From Candidatus Woesebacteria bacterium (GTDB taxonomy: Bacteria; Patescibacteriota; Microgenomatia; UBA10105; UBA927): a stretch of DNA of 64,000 nucleotides. The stretch covers positions 27,506 to 91,505 of the forward strand of contig JBGALL010000001.1 of assembly GCA_044223895.1 (NCBI GenBank), given 5' to 3'. The position numbers and the translations under genes are program-made. Under the pieces are notes generated by a model. The model was not told the origin of the DNA. It made no database searches and was given only the letters and a program-made list of their open reading frames with translations. Within the stretch, counting starts at the first letter, position 1, and each line of letters starts with the position of its first letter. Below are positions 9,648-18,270 of this stretch, in pieces.

Positions 9648-10353
9648 TTTTTCACTCGTTTTACCAGTATTAAATGAAGAAGATATTATTGGACCGGTTG
9701 TCGATTCTATCTCTGCTCAGTTGAAGAAATTACCCATCTCCTATGAGATAGTTTTGGTTGAAAATGAATCAACCGATTCCTCTTTAAAAGTTATTCAAGG
9801 GATGGCCAAAAAAGATAAACATATTGTGGTTACAACGACGAAACGGGGCTACGGAAGTGCACTTATTGCTGGAATAAAAAAAGCCAGTGGAGAGTATATT
9901 GGATATATGCCATCTGATGGACAGATAGATGTCACTATCCTTCCAGAGATGTGGAAAGAAGTTGAAAAAAAGCAATATGACGCAGTAAAAATATCTCGAA
10001 AGAACCGCGAAAGTAGAGTTCGCTTTGTTCGTTCGAAAATCTTCAATATTTTGACTCGCATTCTCTACCCTATCGATGTCATCGATATCAATGGAAGCCC
10101 TCGGATAGTTGCAAAAAATAAAATGAAACAAATTGATCTCACCTATCCTGATTCTTTTATAGATACGGAGTTCGCAGTAAAAGCTCACTATCTAGGTTGG
10201 AAACAGAAAGAACTCCCGATGAAAAATTTAGATCGTTTGGGTGGAAAATCAACTGTCCAGTTTGCAACAGTCATAGAATTTTTGCGCAACTTACGAGATT
10301 TCAGAAATAATCCTCAATTTATCGCCTGGAAAAAGAAAAACAATATCACTTAA
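9640..10353 (+). CDS. GT2 glycosyltransferase, polyprenyl-phosphate sugar synthase (DPM1/GtrB-like)
   Basis: LVLPVLNEE, ENESTDSS, YMPSDGQ (DxD-type region). Confidence 0.8.
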   Translation: MPDFSLVLPVLNEEDIIGPVVDSISAQLKKLPISYEIVLVENESTDSSLKVIQGMAKKDKHIVVTTTKRGYGSALIAGIKKASGEYIGYMPSDGQIDVTILPEMWKEVEKKQYDAVKISRKNRESRVRFVRSKIFNILTRILYPIDVIDINGSPRIVAKNKMKQIDLTYPDSFIDTEFAVKAHYLGWKQKELPMKNLDRLGGKSTVQFATVIEFLRNLRDFRNNPQFIAWKKKNNIT

Positions 10354-11800
10354 TTCTTCGTTGTATTTTTACTTGCCAAAAGAAGTAAATAAACATTTGA
10401 AAAAACTCCCAGCCATTTGAAAATCGATTTAATTTCGTGTCACCATATTTTCTTTGAGTGTAACGGACTGGCACTTCTGCGATTTGAAGATTCTTGGTAT
10501 ACGCGTGTAGTAATAAGAAGTAGTCACCGTATTTATCAAGATGATCATAAGAGGTATGTTCTTTTTCAAACGTTTCAAAATCTTTTTTGAAAAAGCCTTT
10601 GCTCCCACACAATGTATCGGTAAAATGTTGACCAAGCGCCCAGGTAAATAAGATAGCAAAAAATGAATTGGCAATGTGATTAAGAAATCTCATGGCTCCT
10701 TTTTCGGTGGGATATACCAATCTCGTACCATTAATCAGTTCTGCTCTCCCTTCTACTAAGGCTAGATAAAATTTATATAAGTCAGCAGGAGGGATAGTAA
10801 CGTCGGCATCATAGGTCAAAATAATATCCCCAGTGGCTTTTTTAACCCCCAAACGAAGGGCCCCAATCTTCCCATTCTTTTCCTTTTGCTCAATAAAGGT
10901 GATGGTTAAAGGCCCTTTATAACGTTTTTTCTCATATTTTATTTTTTCAGCAGTTCCATCTTTACCTGGAAGATCTACAAAAATAAGTTGGGTATCTTTT
11001 CCAATGTGTGGTGTAGTTTTGATAATGGTTTCGATATTTCCTGCTTCCTGATGAGTGGGGACAATAATTGAGACAGATTTTTCTGGAGGCTTTTTTTCGT
11101 ATAAAAAGGTTGGTCTGGCGACCAGATACTCAATCAATCCTAATCGTGAAACACCAGGAACCACCGACAAAGCGGTATTAATACCTCTTCCAAGTGATCC
11201 CAAATCCAAAGGTGAGTGCAAATAGGTTCCCTTTTTTACTATTTCAAAACCATTCAAGGATAAGAAATGAATGAGGAATTCCTGAGGTAGCCAGTTTTGG
11301 ATCCGATCGGGCATTTTTTGATTCAAATATTCCGCAGCGGCAACAATGGGTTGCCAAAAATAATTATAGTTAGTTATGATGATCCTACTACGTTCATGAG
11401 TTACTTTTTGTAACTGGCGAAAGACTTGCCAAATATCTTCGGTGTACCCCACCAAATTTGACAGAATAATATAGTCAAATGGTCTATCAAATTCTAAATG
11501 ATGAGCATCCATTACTTGAAACGATAATTTTGGATATTTCTGTTGGGCCCGTTTAACCATTTCATAGCTAAAATCAATACCAATTCCCTCACTGGGAGTA
11601 ACAGCTGCTAGCAAATTTCCGGTTCCGCATCCGATATCTAAAACCCTACTTCCTCTGGGAATTAAATTCTGATGAAGTCGTGTCAACTCTTGATAATAGA
11701 AGGTGTTTTTTTCAATCCAGTAATCACGCTGGGGAGCGAGTTGATCAAAAAAATTTCGTAATGATTCTTGTGATTGAATAATTGACATAATATATGTCAT
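10346..11800 (-). CDS. Fusion protein: N-terminal class I SAM methyltransferase + C-terminal GT2 glycosyltransferase
   Basis: N-terminal half: VLDIGCGTGNL. C-terminal half: VSIIVPTHQEAGNI, TYDADVT, TLCGSKGF. Confidence 0.8.
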   Translation of the reverse strand: MTYIMSIIQSQESLRNFFDQLAPQRDYWIEKNTFYYQELTRLHQNLIPRGSRVLDIGCGTGNLLAAVTPSEGIGIDFSYEMVKRAQQKYPKLSFQVMDAHHLEFDRPFDYIILSNLVGYTEDIWQVFRQLQKVTHERSRIIITNYNYFWQPIVAAAEYLNQKMPDRIQNWLPQEFLIHFLSLNGFEIVKKGTYLHSPLDLGSLGRGINTALSVVPGVSRLGLIEYLVARPTFLYEKKPPEKSVSIIVPTHQEAGNIETIIKTTPHIGKDTQLIFVDLPGKDGTAEKIKYEKKRYKGPLTITFIEQKEKNGKIGALRLGVKKATGDIILTYDADVTIPPADLYKFYLALVEGRAELINGTRLVYPTEKGAMRFLNHIANSFFAILFTWALGQHFTDTLCGSKGFFKKDFETFEKEHTSYDHLDKYGDYFLLLHAYTKNLQIAEVPVRYTQRKYGDTKLNRFSNGWEFFQMFIYFFWQVKIQRRIK

Positions 11801-11844
11801 CCTGAGCGATTTCTATAACGCGAAGGATCCATATTGTGACATGC

Positions 11845-12771
11845 TTAAATTTGTTTTAAATACCATTCTACTGTTCTTTTAAGACCTACCTCCAAGGGAG
11901 TTTTGGCGGTAAAGCCAAACCACTCTTTTGCCCTGGTAGTTTCAAATGAACGACGAGGTTGTCCATCTGGTTTGGAAGGATCCCAGACGATATCTCCATT
12001 AAATCCAATAATCGATTTGAGTAGTACGACAACATCACGAATCGATATCTCTCTACTCGTCCCAATGTTAATCGGTTCACCACCATCGTAGGTTTTCATT
12101 GCAGTAACTAAGGCTTCGGCTGCGTCTTCTCCATACAAAAATTCTCTGGTAGCCACACCTGACCCCCAGACTAAAAATTCTTTATGCTTTTTTTTCTTGG
12201 CTTCAACCATACGCATAATCAACGAGGGAATTACATGACCATAGGTTTCATGGAAATTATCACCTGGTCCATACAAATTTCCTGGAATCATATATATGCA
12301 ATTGAATTTATATTCCTGACGATAGGCTTGAGCTTGCACCAACAACATTTTTTTGGCTAATCCATAAACACCAGTAGTTTCATCAGGATAACCATTCCAA
12401 AGATCTTCTTCACGAAATGGGACCGGGCAATATTTGGGATATGAACAAGCTGTACCAACAACCAACATTTTATCTACTCCCGCGATCCTCGCCTCCTCTA
12501 TTAATTGAATTCCCATCATGGCATTGTCATAGAACAGCTGTCCAGGATGGGCTTTGTTTAAAGCGATTCCTCCGACATGAGCAGCTAAATGAAAAATCAC
12601 ATCAACGTCAGAGACCAAGGTTCGACAGACATCCTTATCACGAAGATCAGCATCTTTAGAACGGGGAATAATAATTTCTTTTACCTGTTCTTTTTTTAAA
12701 CGTTTAACTACCCACGATCCTAGAAATCCAGCTCCCCCAGTAACTAATACACGAGAATTTTTTAATGTCAT
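11845..12771 (-). CDS. fcl: GDP-L-fucose synthase-like SDR (GDP-4-keto-6-deoxymannose 3,5-epimerase/4-reductase family)
   Basis: It aligns by eye along its length with E. coli Fcl (recalled from memory): VLVTGGAGFLG, HLAAHVGGI, SCSYPK, YGLAKK, PGNLYGPGDNFH..HVIPSLI, WGSG..REFL, SKPDGQPRR. The start is set to ATG 12771; the ORF-track start 12828 is TTG. Confidence 0.75.
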   Translation of the reverse strand: MTLKNSRVLVTGGAGFLGSWVVKRLKKEQVKEIIIPRSKDADLRDKDVCRTLVSDVDVIFHLAAHVGGIALNKAHPGQLFYDNAMMGIQLIEEARIAGVDKMLVVGTACSYPKYCPVPFREEDLWNGYPDETTGVYGLAKKMLLVQAQAYRQEYKFNCIYMIPGNLYGPGDNFHETYGHVIPSLIMRMVEAKKKKHKEFLVWGSGVATREFLYGEDAAEALVTAMKTYDGGEPINIGTSREISIRDVVVLLKSIIGFNGDIVWDPSKPDGQPRRSFETTRAKEWFGFTAKTPLEVGLKRTVEWYLKQI

Positions 12772-12850
12772 ATAGGAAAACCTCGGTCTTACTCTATCAC
12801 AAAAAGCCTCAAAAATATCAACCGTCAACTTTAGTGAAAGAATAATCTTC

Positions 12851-12859
12851 TGCTATACT
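12851..12859 (+). promoter_or_regulatory. Extended -10 with leaderless geometry
   Basis: TGcTATACT, then 7 nt, then ATG 12867. Confidence 0.45.
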
Positions 12860-12866
12860 TTGGAGT

Positions 12867-14294
12867 ATGTTCAGCTTTATCAAGAAGTATCGCTTTTATC
12901 TTCTATTTATTGGTATCTCTATAGTTCTTTCCTACTTTATAGCTACTCACATTGGCCTGTTTGATTTACCAGACGGGTTTTTCTATTACAATCTCGGGGC
13001 ATTCCTTCTCTACGGAAGACAACCAAATATTAATCCCTTTAATATCACCACACCCCAAACTCTTTTTGGGCCGTTTTATAGTATTTTACTTGCCTTAATA
13101 ATCCCCAAGCCATTTCCTTGGGCAATGACAGGGATTCCTTTTTTGCAAGTATTTGCTATATGTATTGCGAGTTTATGGGTATTTATCATGGCTAAATTAC
13201 TGATTGGGAAAAAATGGGCACTGTTATCGTTTCCTATCTTTCTGAGTATGCCGTTTATGCTGGTATATGCCACTTCTTTAATGTCAGAAGCGCTAACTAT
13301 TTTTCTGATGTCTACCTATAGCGTATTATTTACTCTCATTTCTAAACAAAAAACCAAGATTCCCCCATCACTCTTGGTGTTTGTTGCCTGTCTTTTAACC
13401 CTAACCAAAAATGCCTATGTATTGATTGTGTTTTTAACAATACCCTTGTGGATCTTTTTCTTGTGGAGAGATCGTTCGAAGATAACCCCGATACGAGGTG
13501 GACTAGAACAGATTCCGGTTCTTTTAGGATTTATTGGGATTATGCTTTGGGTACGTTTTAACAAAACCTATCACGATATTTACTCTCTTACCAATTATAC
13601 GGGGAGACATCTTTACAATAATGTTGTTCATTCAGGACATTTACTGCCAGACAAAAATAGCGATATATACAAAGAATTCTTTCAGAAAGCTGGAGATGAA
13701 CAGGTTTTTTATTTACCCGAATGGGAAGCTGAGCGAATTTTTGTGCCCGATTTTAATGAACACAAGATAACCGAAGCTCAAATAGATAAAAAATTTATGG
13801 CCTTTAGTACCGCAGCCATCAAGAATAATCCTCTTGGTTATGCTACCCACCTGTTAACAGTTATCTGGGGAGATATCACGACTGCTCCCTATCATGCGAA
13901 ATTACTGGCAAGTCTTGGGAAGCCCGATCCGGAATGTACTGATTGTGGAGTTATCCCCTGTCGGACAACCTGGGACCCCAAAATATGTCAACCACAATAT
14001 GATGACCCGTTTATGCAAAATGTATGGGCAGGATTAATCTATCTTAATCGAGCAATGTATCCGTACGGAATGGCAGTACTCGCAGGAATAGCGGCTATTG
14101 GAATTTTCGAAGGATTTCGTAAGCGAAATTGGGAATATCTATTTTTAACAGGAATTTTCTTATTATTTCTCACTGTCCAGGCAGCCGCCCAAAGAATAGA
14201 GGGTAGGTATATGATCCCCTTATTTCCGCTATTCTCTCTTTGTGTCCTCAAGGGAATTCAAACACTCTCTCTGTGGATCAAAAAAAGAATTTGA
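12867..14294 (+). CDS. Polytopic membrane protein, GT-C-like
   Basis: About 10 hydrophobic segments plus a ~150-aa soluble insert with 4 Cys. No family motif recognised. Confidence 0.55.
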   Translation: MFSFIKKYRFYLLFIGISIVLSYFIATHIGLFDLPDGFFYYNLGAFLLYGRQPNINPFNITTPQTLFGPFYSILLALIIPKPFPWAMTGIPFLQVFAICIASLWVFIMAKLLIGKKWALLSFPIFLSMPFMLVYATSLMSEALTIFLMSTYSVLFTLISKQKTKIPPSLLVFVACLLTLTKNAYVLIVFLTIPLWIFFLWRDRSKITPIRGGLEQIPVLLGFIGIMLWVRFNKTYHDIYSLTNYTGRHLYNNVVHSGHLLPDKNSDIYKEFFQKAGDEQVFYLPEWEAERIFVPDFNEHKITEAQIDKKFMAFSTAAIKNNPLGYATHLLTVIWGDITTAPYHAKLLASLGKPDPECTDCGVIPCRTTWDPKICQPQYDDPFMQNVWAGLIYLNRAMYPYGMAVLAGIAAIGIFEGFRKRNWEYLFLTGIFLLFLTVQAAAQRIEGRYMIPLFPLFSLCVLKGIQTLSLWIKKRI

Positions 14295-14300
14295 TACAAT
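14292..14300 (+). promoter_or_regulatory. Extended -10 with leaderless geometry for the ATP-grasp gene
   Basis: TGaTACAAT, then 6 nt, then ATG 14307. It overlaps the stop of the upstream gene. Confidence 0.4.
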
Positions 14301-14306
14301 GCTCCC

Positions 14307-15356
14307 ATGAAACATATTTTGGTATTAGGTGCAGGGGGAGCTCCTTCAACTAATTTCGTTCGTTCTCTAAAAAAGAAGAAGAGAAAATATCGGCTTATCG
14401 GTACCGATGCAAACCCCTATTACCTAGCCAGATCAGAAACTGACAGAACCTACTTAGTACCAAAGGTAACTGAAGCAGATTTTTTTCCACGATTAAACGC
14501 TATTATTGCCAAAGAAAAGATAGATTATGTTCATATCCAAAATGATAAAGAAGTGGGAGTTATTAGCGAGCAGAGAGAAAAAGTAAACACCAAACTTTTT
14601 CTTCCTTCCAAAGAGACAATAAGAATTTGTCAGGATAAATATCTGTCATATCAGAAATGGGAACATGCCAAACTTCCTTTACCAAAAACAGTAAAAATAA
14701 ATACTCCCAAAGACCTAACTCACGCCTTACAAACCTTTCATGGTGAGACCTGGCTACGATTTACCCAAGGAGCTTCTGGAAATGGTTCATTAAAGGTAAA
14801 CGATGAAAAAACAGCTAAATCATGGATAGATTTTCATCAAGGATGGGGAAATTTTACTGCAGCGGAAGTATTAGAACCCAATAGTGTAACCTGGATGTCG
14901 ATTTGGAAAAATGGTGAATTATTGGTTGCCCAAGGGAGAAAGCGTCTCTACTGGGAGATGGCTCATGTTTCCCCATCAGGGATTACCGGAGTAACAGGAG
15001 GGGCAGTAACAGTGAGTGATCCAATAGTTGATGATATCGCCCAAAAAGCTATCAGAGCTATTGATCCATCACCTCATGGATTATATGGCGTGGATCTCAC
15101 CTATGATAAAAATGGCATCCCCAATCCCACAGAAATAAATATAGGCAGGTTTTTCTATACTCATTTTTTTTTTACGGAACTTGGCTTAAATATGCCAGCA
15201 ATATCAGTGGCAGCTGCCTTGAATGAGAAACTCTCACTCCCCAAGCAGCGTATTAATCCACTGGAACCAGGATGGGTATGGATTCGAGGGGTAGATTTTA
15301 AACCGATTTTGATACGTCAAGAAAAAATTGTTTATGAAAAAAACGATCTTCTTTGA
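14307..15356 (+). CDS. ATP-grasp domain protein (carbamoyl-phosphate-synthase-like short form)
   Basis: N-terminal Rossmann-like ILVLGAGGA; central and C-terminal ATP-grasp-like layout (QDKYLSYQ.., ..PTEINIGRF). Confidence 0.65.
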   Translation: MKHILVLGAGGAPSTNFVRSLKKKKRKYRLIGTDANPYYLARSETDRTYLVPKVTEADFFPRLNAIIAKEKIDYVHIQNDKEVGVISEQREKVNTKLFLPSKETIRICQDKYLSYQKWEHAKLPLPKTVKINTPKDLTHALQTFHGETWLRFTQGASGNGSLKVNDEKTAKSWIDFHQGWGNFTAAEVLEPNSVTWMSIWKNGELLVAQGRKRLYWEMAHVSPSGITGVTGGAVTVSDPIVDDIAQKAIRAIDPSPHGLYGVDLTYDKNGIPNPTEINIGRFFYTHFFFTELGLNMPAISVAAALNEKLSLPKQRINPLEPGWVWIRGVDFKPILIRQEKIVYEKNDLL

Positions 15357-15975
15357 TTTGGACGGGACAATAATTGATGTTAAGAAACGACATCTCGCAG
15401 TCTTTCAAAAGGTAATCTCTGTTCTAACAATGCCATCGGTTGAGGAAGATGTCTATTGGAACAGTAAACAGATTCATACTCTACCCTGGAAGGATATTTC
15501 GCAACAACAACAGAACCGTTTTAATCAACAGTTTAAGCTCTACAGTGAAGAACAATCTCTTTTGGTATTTGATACTCCCATCCCCAATATAATTCCCTTT
15601 TTAACCATAGCGAAACAACAATATAGTCTCGTGTTAGTAACTCAAAGACATAATCCCGACAATTTACGTCAACAACTGGAGGATCTCCAGATAGATTCAT
15701 ATTTTAGTGCTGTATTAACTCCCTATCCGGATACGAAACAACTATCTATTCAAAACTATGGATTTCATCCGGAAGATTGTATGGTTGGAGATACAGAGGA
15801 AGATATTCTTACGGCACGAGAATTATCTCTATCCTCTGTCGCAGTAACCTGGGGGTTACGGTCAAAAGAATATCTTCAAAAATTTAATCCTACCTACCTA
15901 GTCGATACGGTAGAAGAACTACGAAGTGTTACAAATAATAGCGGAAATGGTACCCAGGGATCACTGCCGTCGTAG
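15328..15975 (+). CDS. HAD-superfamily hydrolase (phosphoglycolate-phosphatase-like)
   Basis: Motif I FFDLDGTIIDV, motif II LVTQR, motif IV VGDTEEDI. It overlaps the ATP-grasp gene by 29 nt. Confidence 0.8.
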   Translation: MFMKKTIFFDLDGTIIDVKKRHLAVFQKVISVLTMPSVEEDVYWNSKQIHTLPWKDISQQQQNRFNQQFKLYSEEQSLLVFDTPIPNIIPFLTIAKQQYSLVLVTQRHNPDNLRQQLEDLQIDSYFSAVLTPYPDTKQLSIQNYGFHPEDCMVGDTEEDILTARELSLSSVAVTWGLRSKEYLQKFNPTYLVDTVEELRSVTNNSGNGTQGSLPS

Positions 15976-15977
15976 GG

Positions 15978-17585
15978 ATGACATGTTGTACACTTACTGG
16001 TATGGAGAAAAAAATCCTCATTGCCCTTTTTATATTCTTTAATTGCGTTCTCCTAACCCCCTTTGTCTATGGCAGTTTACATACTCCTTCAGGAGCAGTG
16101 TTCCTCGGAACTGTCCATTATCCACCTGACTATTTGTATTACCTCTCTCATATAACTCAAGGACGAGAACACTTATTATTTACCACTTTCCTAACAACCA
16201 CAGAACCCATGCCTAATTTATTTATTAGTTTTGTTTACGTTTTTTTAGGGAAAATTGGATATATGCTTCATATTTCGCCGATTTATATGTATCAAATCGG
16301 TTTGGTTTTGTTTGGAAGTCTCTACATGTATGCCGCATATACAATAATTAAATTTTTCTATCCTACAAAGCTAACCAATCGAATACTAACCTTCTTGTTA
16401 TTCATGTTTAGTAACACCCTTCCACGAATAGTTTTCGAAAACGGTCAACGAATATTAGCCCCCTATTTCAGTTGGTACAATTATGGAGAACCATTTCTTC
16501 GTTTCGAAAGTATTCCTCACCATCTCCTCATTTTTGCATCAATATTCATGATGGTGAGTTGTTATTTACACTATCAGCGAGAAAAAGGACTAAAACAAAA
16601 GATATTGTTAGTGGCTATCGCTGTAATTTCAGCTATTTCACTCGGTATCATGAACCCGGTGCAATGGATGTTGTTAGTAGGAACCTTGGGATTGTTTTCC
16701 CTTGTGAAAGACTTCCGTTCACTATCTCTACAAACAGTAACAAAGTATCTTCCCTTACTTGTCTTTACAATAATTGGAGCGGTCTGCGTTTTTTATCTAA
16801 AATTTGTTCTGAATCGGGAACCTTTTACCAGCGCTTATATCTGGGAGGCCGCCCAGTCACCAACCTTATATTGGGATCAAATTTTGCAATACTATGGCAG
16901 TGTTTTCATATTGGCGTTAGTAGGAATGCCTTTTTTTCTTAGATCTAAGAATGAATCACGATTGTTGGTTAGCTGGATTACCCTGGCAGGATTACTTCTA
17001 TTCTTTGTTCCCTTTACGAAAAAACTGCCTGTTTTAACCTTCCGGTATCTATCTCCGTTAAATGTACTACTATATGCTGCCGCTGCAACCCAAGCTTTAG
17101 ATACGATTCCAAAACTATTTAAGAAACTAGAACCACTTATAAAAAGTGTTAGTTTTACCATTCTTTTTTTCCTCTTAGTTCCGCTCTTTTTTATTCATCT
17201 TGGATATAAATTAGCAATGCCCACTACGGATATATCTTTTTACGTTCCACAATCGATTTATAGAACGTTTCAGAAGGCTGCTGATTACTCTACCTTAGAT
17301 GATATTTTCCTTGTTTACTGGCCATATGAAAAAGTATTTCCAACCATTGCGGGAAGAAAAGAGTTTTTTACGAGTAAGTTTTTAACAGTTGATTTTGATA
17401 CCAAAAACCAAAACGCCTACAAATTCTTAGTGAGTCAAATGACCGAAAGTGAAAAAAAAGACTTTTTGAAGAAAAATAAGATAACCTACATTATTGCTAG
17501 TAACCAAGATTCATTATCGGGAAATTCGTTTCTCACGGTATTAGAAAAATCTTCTTTGGTCACAATCTATAAAGTCTCCTTATAA
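15978..17585 (+). CDS. Polytopic membrane protein, GT-C-like 'family A'
   Basis: The loop-1 motif YPPDYLYYLSHITQG is shared with 19827..21629 (FPTDYELYLSKIRQG). The C-terminal domain is paralogous to ORF 12..1226. Confidence 0.65.
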   Translation: MTCCTLTGMEKKILIALFIFFNCVLLTPFVYGSLHTPSGAVFLGTVHYPPDYLYYLSHITQGREHLLFTTFLTTTEPMPNLFISFVYVFLGKIGYMLHISPIYMYQIGLVLFGSLYMYAAYTIIKFFYPTKLTNRILTFLLFMFSNTLPRIVFENGQRILAPYFSWYNYGEPFLRFESIPHHLLIFASIFMMVSCYLHYQREKGLKQKILLVAIAVISAISLGIMNPVQWMLLVGTLGLFSLVKDFRSLSLQTVTKYLPLLVFTIIGAVCVFYLKFVLNREPFTSAYIWEAAQSPTLYWDQILQYYGSVFILALVGMPFFLRSKNESRLLVSWITLAGLLLFFVPFTKKLPVLTFRYLSPLNVLLYAAAATQALDTIPKLFKKLEPLIKSVSFTILFFLLVPLFFIHLGYKLAMPTTDISFYVPQSIYRTFQKAADYSTLDDIFLVYWPYEKVFPTIAGRKEFFTSKFLTVDFDTKNQNAYKFLVSQMTESEKKDFLKKNKITYIIASNQDSLSGNSFLTVLEKSSLVTIYKVSL

Positions 17586-17631
17586 AGGTTTACCATTGTC
17601 TCTTTGTTTATTCTTGTGGTACAACCATCAT

Positions 17632-18264
17632 ATGGACAAACATATTTTCGTATCGATTATGGGCACCATGGGTTCGGGGAAAACCACTGTAGCCAAATTA
17701 CTTGCCAAAGAACTTGACTATCCCTTAATATTAGAAAATTTTGAGGAAAATGCTTTTCTCCCCAAATTCTACCAAGACATGCAACGCTGGGCGTTTCATT
17801 CTCAAACATTCTTCCTTTTGGAAAAAATTCGTCAAATAGAAAAAATTCCCTCCTTATTGGAAAAGCATTCAATTATTCAAGATACCCCTATTATGCAGGA
17901 TGTATTTTCCTATGCTCAAGCACAATATGAGTTAGGAAACATGGATAAAGACGAATGGAGACTGTATCTAAAAACCTATGAACTGATGAAAGAACACTTC
18001 AAGCAACCGGATGTCATTATTTATTTAGATGCTTCTGTGGATACTATTATGAATCGGATAACTCAACGAGGTCGTGAATTTGAGCAGTCTATCCCCCGCA
18101 GTTATATAGAATTATTAGATCGTTTGAATACTGAATGGCTAAAAAATTCAAAAATTCCTGTGGTTCACATCGACACTAATACTAGAGATATTATCAAAAA
18201 AGAATTAGATAAAGAATTTGTGGTCATAAACCTACGACACGCACTTGCTCAATATACACGCTAA
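17632..18264 (+). CDS. Deoxynucleoside kinase family protein
   Basis: P-loop GTMGSGKTT and dNK-like layout (FLPKFY, QDTPIMQD, LDAS..RITQRGREFE). The start is moved to ATG 17632. Confidence 0.8.
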   Translation: MDKHIFVSIMGTMGSGKTTVAKLLAKELDYPLILENFEENAFLPKFYQDMQRWAFHSQTFFLLEKIRQIEKIPSLLEKHSIIQDTPIMQDVFSYAQAQYELGNMDKDEWRLYLKTYELMKEHFKQPDVIIYLDASVDTIMNRITQRGREFEQSIPRSYIELLDRLNTEWLKNSKIPVVHIDTNTRDIIKKELDKEFVVINLRHALAQYTR

Positions 18265-18270
18265 ACTTCC

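Noticed and set aside
16472-16942. 156-aa alternate-frame ORF inside 15978-17585, plus similar nested ORFs (2050-2348, 2524-2863, 7136-7872, 9784-10188, 12417-12659, 37011-37337 and others)
   Set aside because: Each is nested in a longer ORF with recognisable motifs or paralogs, and their composition is typical of off-frame translation.
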